64,000 nucleotides of DNA. Source: Strigamia acuminata. Its lineage: Eukaryota. The first letter of the stretch is position 1; each line of letters begins with the position of its first letter. The stretch lies in the NCBI GenBank assembly GCA_949358305.1, contig OX442314.1, forward strand, positions 17,670,001 through 17,734,000, read 5' to 3'. The position numbers were made by a program, and so were the translations under genes. This document shows positions 53,520 to 64,000 of this stretch, piece after piece. Below the pieces are notes generated by a model. The model saw nothing but the letters and a program-made list of their open reading frames with translations, was not told the origin of the DNA and made no database searches.

Positions 53520-53690
53520 TTTGTCGTAAACAATTTATTACAGTCGGCAAATATCGAGGTGAACAATCCACACAGACATGAAGTGTGACTGGAAGATAAA
53601 CAGCTTGGACCCAATGGATTTCAGACTGGAGATTGAACCGCAAATCTACTGCTTGCCAGTCCGGTGCATTACCAGCTTATTCAGTTGGGA
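53520..53690 (-). mobile_element. Degenerate tRNA-derived SINE-like relic (or tRNA pseudogene)
   Basis: The minus strand reads AGCTGGTAATGCA-CCGGACTGGCAAGCAGT-AGATT-TGCGGTTCAATCTCCAG: A-box-like, anticodon-loop-like CT-GGC-AA and B-box GGTTCAATC at tRNA spacing. The stems do not pair well. It is followed by ~100 nt ending near AATAAA. Confidence 0.45.
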
Positions 53691-55056
53691 ACATTGCTAG
53701 ATGTTAGATTATTAAGATGCGCAATTCCATTCTTAGCAATTTGGATCAAAAATCGGTCCAACCAGGAGTTTGTAAATTAATTCGTTCTGAATCGATCCAC
53801 ATTCATAAGGGTTGTGAATTTTCTAGATATTCGAGGTCAAGAGACCTTCTGCTATTATAACTATAAACTATCTAATTGTATGGGGTGTCTGAGTAGAGGG
53901 TCAGATGTTTGATTTTTCCGTTCACATAGTCTTTGGTTTTGATTTTGATTGGGAAGACCACCACTGGTGCAGTTATAATTTTATTTTTTAAATTTTTTTA
54001 AAATTGCATCTGGCTTTTCAATCATCCAATCCAAACCGTAACTAAACTGACAGTTAACATTTGTAATTTAATCTTGAAATGAAAATTGTTAAATTCGATG
54101 CAATATAAACAATGGATTGTCAGGAAAAGTGGATTTTATCTTGACTGACGGACGTTGTATTGCAACTTAGCCCCGTTTGCTTTGTATTCACAAATAGGGG
54201 TGTGCGTAGCGTGTACACGAGCTTTACAAGAGTATTTGTCACGAGCATAAATTTGAGCTAAATTGACATACGTGCATAAAGTGAAGCTATTTATTTTCGC
54301 TCGTGATAGCATAATTTCCATCTGCATAGCGTTATCTTTGTTGTGTGAACACACCTATTCTCATTACCTTGTCGCAAGTTTCATACTTTATGAAACAACA
54401 TGACTTTTTTTTCTCCCGCCTCGTCTATTTTCTCGCACATTTAATAATGAATGTGGGTTTTGTTAATGTATATGATAAACCTCAAAGTAATAATTATACG
54501 AGTTTATAATAAGATGGGGCTGGGACGATGAAGGTAAATTTTTTTTTAAAAGTTCTTTCGAGTCATCTTGTGTATATAAACGGAAGATTTATGATGTTAA
54601 ATGAAAACTGGTTTCGAGGAGATTATTTCCTTAAATTGAGTTTGCTCTGGTATTTAAAGAGCCGGTTGTGTTGATGCGGAAAATATTCAAGTGTGAAGTG
54701 CTCCAGGATGGTTGCAGTTTTCATGCTTGAAGTAAAAGGTTTTTGACCTCATCGACAAATTTGTTTATCGTGACGCAAATGGGGGAGGGACTGAGGCGAA
54801 AACAATTATGACAATGTAATGAGGGGGTGCGATCTCAAAATTTCTTCAATATATCTTGTCGTATGTGGCTGGTCTTCGTAATGGGATAAAGTAATAAACT
54901 GTTAACTGCGTAATTTAGCTTTTTCTTTCCTTCGTTTTTCTGGAAAAAGAACGATGTTGACAAATAATTGGATTTCTTTGTTCGTTGTTGTTACTTTGAT
55001 TAAGAGAAGCTTGTCACTGAACATTTTGTTATCAATTTCCAAAAAACATCATATTT

Positions 55057-55316
55057 TAGAACGCCGATCCGAACAAACTGGGCGAAATAGGTGTTCATAA
55101 AACCAATTTATTTGCGTAATCGCACACTAGGCTTATGTACTGTATGAAAATAAATAAATCGATAAAAAATCTTTAAAGTCGATAAAAAAAACTTTAAAGT
55201 CGATAAAAAAGTCTTTAAAGTCGATTTAATAAATCGAATAACAAAAATTGATTATTGCTGTTCGGATAACTGGTTGTTCGCTAAACTCACGTTAGGATGA
55301 TCGGCGTTCTACTGTA
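55057..55316. mobile_element. MITE-like element (pogo/Tigger-type termini), ~260 bp
   Basis: Left TAGAACGCCGATC (55057) and right GATCGGCGTTCTA-CTG-TA (to 55316) form a 13-bp perfect inverted repeat. The right end reads TA-CAGTAGAAC on the minus strand (CAGT terminus plus TA target). The left terminal bases are eroded. Confidence 0.7.
55158..55225. repeat. Tandem repeat, ~21-22 bp x3 (TCGATAAAAAAnnCTTTAAAG), inside the MITE
   Basis: tcgataaaaaatctttaaag / tcgataaaaaaaactttaaag / tcgataaaaaagtctttaaag / tcgat read directly. Confidence 0.85.
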
Positions 55317-58300
55317 ATGTCTACGATGAATTTGATTTGCATCTTTTCAGTATTATTTCAGAAATAAACCGGTATAGGTTGCACTTTATTAAAATTTATG
55401 TTTATTTGGGCTCGTTTGAGCTGGTAATTTAACTAATTTTGTTGTTTTATCAGCTTTTGGATATTGGAAAAACATTTGAATGCAGCGTTTTAATTTGAGA
55501 TTGAAGGAAATACTCTGCATTATGGACACCAGGGTGAACGCTTTTAGTTAGAAAAGGCCCTTTTTGTCTTACAGTGAATGCTTATGCCAATTGCATTGTC
55601 GCAAAGCTTTGCACAAGCCTTGGAAATTAAAATTTTATATTTTGATTTTAATTTTTGCAAGTTGTGGTTGGAATATCCCCTTGTGTGCTATAAAACAATG
55701 CGAAAAACCACTCAAACAGTAAACACACAAGAAAAACACAATCTGAAATTACAAAATAAGTAGAAACACATTAAATTTTTATCAAATCTTACGGGAGAAA
55801 GAGTGCTCCAACGACACGCTTACTTTTGTCTCATTCTTTAACCATAAGATATTGAAGTAACAAAAGGAGGCTTTACCTAGATTGAACGCACCTGTTGTTT
55901 TAACTTGGAAAATTATTTTCTTAACTGTTTGTTAGCAAATTAAAAGCTAATTGTAATGATTACACAGCACAGTATTTAAGATTTAAGTAACACGGAGAAA
56001 ATTAACCGAATGCAACTGCATGTCTAAGATACTTTGTTGCGGCCATCAATTAGTGAGCAAATGCGTTTGGAGAAGAACAAGCTGTCGGACAAATTGCTCG
56101 CTTACTAAATAAAGCGAAAAGATCTCCACCTTCTTCAGTAACCTATCATTTGAGGCCGAAGCGACTAACAAATTGTAATCCCCTAATGTTAGAGGGGAAA
56201 GATGCGAGTCTGCAATTTATTACGAATTCGTACAGAGGTGATGTTTTTTGTGTCAGACTTATTCTGCGGTTTTACTAATGTGTCTTTAAAATTCTCGCTA
56301 GTTTATTTTCTCTTTGAATTAATGTCGTTTCTTTTTTCTTTCTTTGTTTTTTTTTTGTTTTAAAAACAAAAGCATCTTTCACGAAATGAAATGACAAGGA
56401 TTAATCGAATTTTTTGTTTAGGAAACATACAGGTGAGCTCTCCAAATGACCAGAGGAGACCATTAAGAGGTGTACGGAAGCAAGGCAGCACACTATAATT
56501 TAGATTAACATCGCGCTCATCTTAATGTTGTAATGATGCTTTTAACACTGGAATAACGTGGCTTTATTCATCCCTAATAATAAATGACCACTTTTTAAAT
56601 AGGATCCTAAAGGAACGTTTTATAGTAATTAGGTTATGGCTCAGAGGCTGAAGGAAATTATATGCTTTTCACGAGGGTAGTTGGAAGTGGGAAATGTAAA
56701 AAAAAATTAAAATTAAAGTAAAAAAAAAATTTCTAATGTGGCGAATGTAACAAAAAGTATACTGGAGGGTTGGTTTATGTGTGCGGACAAATTGGTGCAG
56801 TCACAACTGATTTAAGGTTGGGTCATGAAACCGAGCTGAGTGGGTGGGCATGTGAATGTCAAGCCATGCCTGATGTACCCACCTCGCAGGTCATGACCAA
56901 GGTTGGTCTTTATAGGGCCCTTTTTTTTTCTTTTAAGGAAATTGAGTAAATTTGTATGGCAATTATTTTTAACAGATGTCGCAGTCATCTTTTTTTCTAA
57001 TTTTAATTTGGAATTAGGTTCGTGTTTAGTGCTCGTTTTATTGCAAAAATGATATAAAGGGAAGTTAAATGCCGTGCCGTGATGGAATTTGGATAGCTAA
57101 ATAGTCTGTTGCAACATTAATTGATTTTTTTTTGTTTCTCTATTACGATTTTAATTGTGATAGATTATACAATGTGGATTTTTTTGGGTTTTTTTTGAAC
57201 GATTAAAAGGGTTTACTTAATCAATTACGTAAATTGATTAGATTCTTAATTTTAATCTTAATCTATTATAAATTTTAATCAAGTTGCGGTCATGCTTGGA
57301 ACCTTGAAAGATTTTTTTGTGAATATATTTGTTAATTTTTTTTTAAAGTGGTGATGTGAAAAGTGTAAAATAATTAAAAGGCGTTGTTATTTAGCAAAGT
57401 GACGACCACTGAAGAAATAAATCTTCATTTTTTTCTCTTTATTTTTATTTTTTTTGTGCATTTGAAAAGTAATGGTTTTCATCACGCGATTTGAATTGAA
57501 TATTTAATTTATAAAAAAAATAAAAATAAAATATGTGTTTATTGCGTTCTTTGGTTGAAAACTTCTCGAATATACGTGTTGTGACATAGATGAATGAGTT
57601 AAACAAATGCATTTAATTTTTATGGGCTACTGCACTTAACAAAAAGGGTCATCGGTTTGCGAGTGGCAAATAAATCCGGCATCGCAGCGATGGGTATTGT
57701 TGCAAGTGAAAAGGCGATGTATAATATAACGAAACAATTTTACTTCTTTGGTGGTTAATAAAACGAGACGCGTGGCAAGCACGCGGATTTACATAAAATT
57801 CTAACACATATTCGGGGTCCACTTCCGGCTGGCAGGGATTTTGGTGGCGCACAATTTGCATACAAGAGGGCACTTACAACGGCGCTCGATCTAAAAAACA
57901 CACATTAAATCATTTAGATTTTATGATCGGATAGAGAAGCATTTTCAATTTTCATTTTATTACCTTTAATTTTATTATCAAACCACATTTTAAAATTTTT
58001 TTTTTTCTTAATTGATGTTTTGATTATCCAACATCAACGGATTGTTTCGTAATTAAAGGGTTGTTAAATCTCAGATGGATTGGTTCATAACTTTCTGGGT
58101 TTGAACAAAGATCATTTGATAGCATATAATTAAAAAAAATATATAAGTGAGTATAATTTTTTAAAAAAATTGAGTTATTTCATGTAAGGCTATCTTGAAA
58201 ATTCATGGGTCAAATAGAAAAGTGATGCCTTATTATTACTCCAAGCAGAATTACACGATTTTTCATTCTGTCACATGTTCAATTAAAATAAAGTTCGGGC

Positions 58301-60859
58301 GCCTCTTAAAGAGACCATAAAAACCAAGTGATTTTTTTTCTTGTTGTTTTAGAGACACATACTTGCTGCCAGTGTGAACAGTCGTGTGTTGTTGAAAAGC
58401 TGCTAAAGTTGATTCATTTTTCATGTAGTGCAAGCAGGATGTGTGTGCTAGTAAATATTTCAACGCCTGTTCAGTAATGCGTAGGACTATAAAAAAATCG
58501 AATGCTCACAACACGTTGACTAAACGCTTTGACCATTTGTTTGGTTAATGATGGGTGAAAGAATGTTAAGATTTGTTGTTGGGGGGTGTAGAATTGTAGT
58601 TTATGTTTTTTAAGGGGTGGTTTTGCTGAGATTTATTCGAACCCCATCTAATTCCACGAAATTCTTTTCCTCTCACAATTAAATTAAGCCACTTTGTTTC
58701 AATTGCTGCCTGCCTTGTTGGTTTCATGTGAAAATGACTTGATTGGAGGGGAAAAACCCAGTTCGCTTATTTATTTTTCTTGGTAATATACAGCTGTTAT
58801 TTATTTTTTATTTTTTTTTACTTTTAGAAATTTTGCTCTTCTCGAAAAACTTTTTTTTATAAACCTCGTGCACACTTTTTTCTTTTTCACAAGTGAAAAC
58901 ATTTTCGTAGTTAATTTTCGACTCGTTCAATTTTTTTCTGTTTGGAGACAATTCGTTTTTTTCAGACTACGAAGTAAAATACAAAAAAAATTAAAATCAA
59001 ATAAAGGAAACTGGATTTGGTGCATTTGAGAATAGAAACATTTGTATGTTTCTCGTGTTTCGTTTATCTTCAAATGTGTTGTTACTTGTGAAATCGAAAT
59101 AAACATCTCGCAAGAGTTTCTTAAGAAATGCTTATCGGTTTAGCGCTTGGGTATTGTATTTTGTGGCGTGCGCTGCTAATTAACTGTACGATAACACATT
59201 AGTGAGCGTAGGCGCTGATCAGGTGTTGATGTTTTATCACTTATGAAGTGTGATGAAGGGATTATGTGATAGGGAATAGCTGGTCGAAGTTAATCTGCTG
59301 GAACACTTGTTGCTGTACCACACTGTATTTGTGTACACTAGCGAAGTGGCATTTAGGATTCAACATGATGTCTTGCATCTTCCGACTGGTGGGTTAATAA
59401 TTAATATAGATAGCACAGCACAGAGCGATTCCCATTATGGCATTGCGTAAGATCTAATATTGTTAAGTTTAATGCGGCTTTTGTTTTTGGAAGAATATTT
59501 TCTCTGGACCAAATCTTGGGTTTTTGTTATTTTAAAAATGAATGGAAAGTGACAAAAATGTGGGCTTTTCTGCAAGGCAGTAGAGTTTCGGAAGTGTGTT
59601 TTAAATTTTTTTGAAGTATGATCGTAATTATATTCTTATTGACTCCATTTTTCATAATTTACGAAAATATTTGAGACACTCAATCTTTAAGTTTTGTTCC
59701 ATATCACAACTTACAGTGTAATACCGCCTTATTTCTTGTATGGGGCTAAGGAATTTTGCTCACAATACTATAACTTAAAAATTGTACCCCATTTCAAGAT
59801 TAAAGATTTATTTCAAGTACTGTAGTGTGAAAAATAAGTGCAGGTAACATATGTGAAAAGTGTTCGTCGAAAATTTACACACGTTAGTAAATATTAATTT
59901 TTGTTTCTGCTGTATTCTTAATAAATTTACATAAATCATAAGTGAGTTTGGGGTTAGTGGCAAGTTTACGCAAGCGAGCATTGAAATTGTGAAGTGGCTG
60001 TCAAAGTGTTAGAATTAGTGCTTGTCATCCGCGCCAACATTGGTGATGTATGAAGGTTTGTATGAAGAGTTGGTTTTGTACTCCATAAATTATCATAGAG
60101 ATGGATAATTTAATACACCAACACTTGAAGTATGAATTTTTCAACCAGCACTTGAAAAATAAAAATAAAAATCCAAAAAAAAATATTTTTTATTTTTTTA
60201 TTTATTAAAAATTTTAAATGACAAAACGATTTTTCAGTGGTAGATGCGAAAAATGTAATCAGCGATGATTCAGCATCACCCCATTAATCATAACCCCCTA
60301 TTCATCAGATAAGTTTTGTCATTCCTTTTGAAGGAAAAAAAAATTACAGGTGAGAATTCTACCTCTACTGATAATACAAGTAAACTGCGAAAATATTTCT
60401 TAATTGGATATATTATATAAAAAGACCTCCCATGTTGACGTGTCTTGTTAAGCCGCAATTTGATAAAAATAATTTTACCTGATTAAATTGTCGTGGGAGA
60501 AATGAGCTGTGAAGAAATGCCAGACAAGATAGAACATTTTGAAGGGGTGCATTGAAATCGTGAAATTTGAAGATAATGGGTGACCTGAAAAGAAAGTCAC
60601 CAACCAACACAACACACCCTCCCCGTACTCAGCTCGTAATCGACTCCTCCTCTCGATGGTGGGTGGGGAAGGGGGAGTGAGTGAAGAATTGAGTGGATTT
60701 GGCGACACCACTGACATGGATACACTGCGGGAGCACGTGTTCTCACGAGGTGTGGTGGGTGAAATCTCACGCTGGTTGCTGCCAGTGATAGTTTGACGCG
60801 AATTTGAGTGGATCGTAAAGTTTATTTCATTCATCATTGACGAGTTGTACTTATTTAGA

Positions 60860-61265
60860 ATGTCGGTGGTGTGGATGATGATGATGATGATGATGCTCGT
60901 AATGATCGCAGCTTCCAGAAAATTGAAGAGTCGGTGCAAAGATGAGGCGTTGGAAGTGCGAGAAGAATATGCGACCGTTATTTTCACTGGGACTGTGTGG
61001 CGGGTTTTTCGCACATCTGAGCAGAAATTTACCTATTCAGCAGAAGTGAAGGTTCGGCGGGTCCTCAAAGGTGGCGACCATGTGAATGCAGATACTTTGG
61101 TTGTAATCGATGAGATTGGAACGCCGCTCATATGTAGAAGTCGAGTGCGTGAGAAAGACACGAGAATTTTTTTTCTCACTCGAGGTGTAAATCACCTGAG
61201 GTTCAACTCGAGTGTCATCCGTGTGACGATGGCTAATTTGTTGCGAGTGATGGCGGCAGTTAAAG
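60860..61265 (+). CDS. Agrin-type signal peptide + NtA domain exon, copy 2 (partial gene)
   Basis: Signal peptide MSVVWMMMMMMMLVMIAAS, then CKDEALEVREEYATVIFTGTV..YSAEVKVRRVLKG..IGTPLICRSRVREKDTRIFFL..LRFNSSVIRVTMANL. Acceptor ttatttag at 60858 and phase-1 donor AAA G|GTAGGC at 61265/61266. Confidence 0.9.
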
Positions 61266-62807
61266 GTAGGCGAAAGATTTTTTTTTTTTTTTTTTTTTTA
61301 TAAAAAAAGGGAATTGTTACCAGGGTGAATGATGGACACTCGGAGATAGACCACACCCTTTAAAAATGCATTAATGAACGGGTGCGGAATGAATTTTATT
61401 TGACATGTGGCAATCATAATTCACAGCTGTGCCGATAATGACGTATGGAATTAGCCTGTGAGGTGTGGAATGGTAATTGAAAAGAAGCTCATTATTATTC
61501 ATGAACGTCAAGGTTGGCAATCTCCTTTCTTATCATCACCTGCTTCGTGGATGTGGTACGATTCAAATGCCGGAACTAATTGAAAAGGATTGAAGCTGTA
61601 GGCAAAAATAAAAATGCAAATTGTAAAGTTTTAGAAGTGTTGTATGGAAAAAATGTACAAATTGAGCAATCTATGGAATAATAGCAAAGTTTAAAAGCTT
61701 TTCCAAAATAATACTTTATACAGATTGAAGAAAAAAATATTGTTCTGCCTTGGTTGCCATCTCTAAATAGAGAGCGATGCTCTTATAAGGAGAAGATGTA
61801 GATAGTCATAGTAGAAAAGCAGCTGTTCTTGCCAGTTAATTTAATGGGACAAACATTTGTCTGCAGCAGCAAAAAAGTGTTTTTTTTACTATTTTTAATT
61901 GAACTGGATTTGAACCTATTTTAATTAAAGAAAAGTGGGATAAAAGGTGCGAATTTGAACGTGGAATTTGAACAGCTTGGTTGTATTTTTATTCGTATTG
62001 GCATTGTTGTGCACGCTATTGAATGGGAATTGACTGATTTGACAATGCTCCTCATCGGGCAAGACGAATTGGCCCTTACTGAAGAACCATTGGTGAATGC
62101 GAGAAGGATAAAAAAGCTGCCTACTTGGAGGATTGAATTGCCCCGTTGGAATGGAAGGGAAATAGGGAGAGTGGTTGTGTATGGAAAGGAGATTTATAAC
62201 AAGTACTCTTCCAAAGGACATGGTCAAGAGATAAAGATTCGACCCACAAGTCGTGGTTTGAATTCGCAAATAGTCTAGTGCCGGAATAAGTCTTCACACA
62301 CTTGTCACGAGTTTGCTATTTTAAGTTGTAGAGTTAATAATTCAGGTGGGAAAAGTTGGGAAAACTTGGGTCAGCTGTTTGGGGTTGAACTGTCTTTCTG
62401 ATTTACTCACTAATGACTTGATAAAAAACGAGGAAAGGAGGGGAAAAACAAGGAACTGATAAAGTACTACGTTAATGAAGAGCTGTATCCCAATTATTAC
62501 GTCTTTTGAATTTTTTATTTTTTTAAATTTTTTTTTTTTGATAAGAATGGTCATCTTTTGTGTGAGTAAGAAGGGTGCGTTTTTATCAGTAATGGAAATG
62601 ACAGTTGAGTGAGTAGTCGAGCAACGTTTTTTTGGGAAGGTCTTTGATTGGTCGAGATTTATTGCGCAGATATAGATACTAGACAGTCACCTGCACATTC
62701 GTCAACATATACCACCTTTTATTATTTAAAAAAAAAACTCTTTTTGCTTTTATTTTTCATGTTATTCTGTGATGGGCGTGCAATGGCAGCAATAATTCTC
62801 CATTAAA

Positions 62808-62910
62808 TATAGTGCAAAGTTGTACTCGCTATTTAATTATTGTGTGTACATAAATATTTTATAGTGTAAAGTTGTACGCGCTATTTAATTATTGTTTGCA
62901 TATAAATATT
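62808..62910. repeat. Tandem duplication, 52-bp unit x2, slightly diverged
   Basis: tatagtgcaaagttgtactcgctatttaattattgtgtgtacataaatatt (62808) versus tatagtgtaaagttgtacgcgctatttaattattgtttgcatataaatatt (62860). Confidence 0.9.
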
Positions 62911-64000
62911 ATCTGTTAAGTATTTATTTTTTATTTTTTAGTTTTTTGTTTGTTTAAAATAGTTAGCAGAAGAAATGAAAAATGAGGACAATTTGTACAA
63001 AATTTATTTTCAATTGCCATGTGTTGGATATGAAGTATGCGATTTCATTGTAGTGCAATCAAGGCAGGGGGTTGATCATTTGGAAGTTTGCTGTCACATC
63101 CACAGCTTGACCAGGTTGACCGGGTTGAGAAAACACCATTTGTCCTTTTGCTCCGAAGGAGGCGTAGTCGCAGTCGTCGTGGGAGGTGTATAGGTGTGTT
63201 ACTATGGTTGCTAATAACAGCGGTAAGGTGGGGTCTAAATTTCGCATGAGAAATGTTTGGGACTCGAGTTAGTAGCGAGATAAATTATGAGACAACCTTA
63301 TAACCGAATTAAATTTTAGTAAATTATTGATTGAATAGAGATTAAAGTATTAAGCCATTATGATGAAAAGTGAATTTAATGCCACCTATGACTTGATCCG
63401 CCCATTGAGTTGGATATTAATGGACTGTCATGTCAAACTGCCTCTGTTTAGAAACTTGACTTAGTAAACTTGATGAGCGATTTCTTTGACCTATTCTGTG
63501 GGGGGGTGAACTACTGCATAAAGTTGAGGGAGGGATAAAATATGAGGCAGGGGGTAATTAACTGATGGGTGGGAAGTGACGTGTGCAAATACACCCAACT
63601 CATGTAAAAGCAATGTCAAGTTTGGAAGAAAAAAGATTTTTGAAGTGTGCGTGGGAATATTTTTTTCTTTCTTGTATTTTTTTATTTTTATTTTTTATTT
63701 AAAAGAAAAAAAAATGGTTTTTATTACGGAGTATTATTTTATATGTTAAGTGGAAGAAATGCATTTTTTCACTAACTTAATCCTTAAAATAATACGTTTT
63801 TTTCTCTCTTTAAATTCTCTGGAAATCATCAATCATCGTTTAGAAATTACGTGGGGACTTTATTCCCTAAAAGGGTTTGATTATTTTAAAAACTCGACAA
63901 TTGCAGTTTAAAAAGATACAATTTAATTACAAAAGCATCTAATGATTATAAAATAGTTCAAAACAAAAGGGGCATTCAAATTGGTTAAGCAATTACTTAA

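Noticed and set aside
55158..55225. Short regularly spaced repeats considered as a CRISPR-like array
   Set aside because: The units are directly adjacent with no unique spacers, there are no cas genes, and the context is eukaryotic. It is a simple minisatellite.
61925..62278. 107/114-aa ORFs after NtA copy 2, considered as a transmembrane-agrin-like alternative exon
   Set aside because: There is no convincing TM helix, ATG context, phase-1 donor or recognisable homology.
50101..63233. Shared 14-mer AGCGGTAAGGTGGG at 50101 and 63220
   Set aside because: The similarity does not extend on either side. It could be an eroded transposon end but cannot be supported from this window.

Overview
This is AT-rich, gene-dense eukaryotic (animal) genomic DNA with mostly 50-90 nt spliceosomal introns. 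An invertebrate, probably an arthropod, is inferred from the protein families and is not proven. There is no evidence of prokaryotic operons, CRISPR arrays, rRNA or intact tRNA. By splicing ORF fragments manually at GT/GC-AG sites I reconstruct, in order: neprilysin (Nep1-like, -, 3' end outside window), polyhomeotic (+), Vps15/PIK3R4 (+), GPI-type alkaline phosphatase (+), MAD2L2/Rev7 (-), P5B-ATPase ATP13A (+), Vps11 (-), an SMB/Cys-rich family-B-like GPCR (+), melted/VEPH1 (+), PPP1R35/Rcd4-like (-), CFAP141/C1orf189-like (-) and SDHB (+). The last ~16 kb is the 5' part of an agrin-like locus. The most interesting signal is two paralogous signal-peptide + NtA (laminin-binding) exons 11.5 kb apart that end at the same phase-1 donor and cannot be spliced in frame to each other, which suggests alternative, mutually exclusive agrin N-termini. 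Other observations are a GC-AG intron, a 4x NPF tail on Vps11, CTCF-like motifs at gene boundaries, a PRE-like motif cluster in the ph locus, candidate ph cassette exons, a MITE and a tRNA-derived SINE relic. All family assignments come from motifs I recognise from memory; no database search was run.
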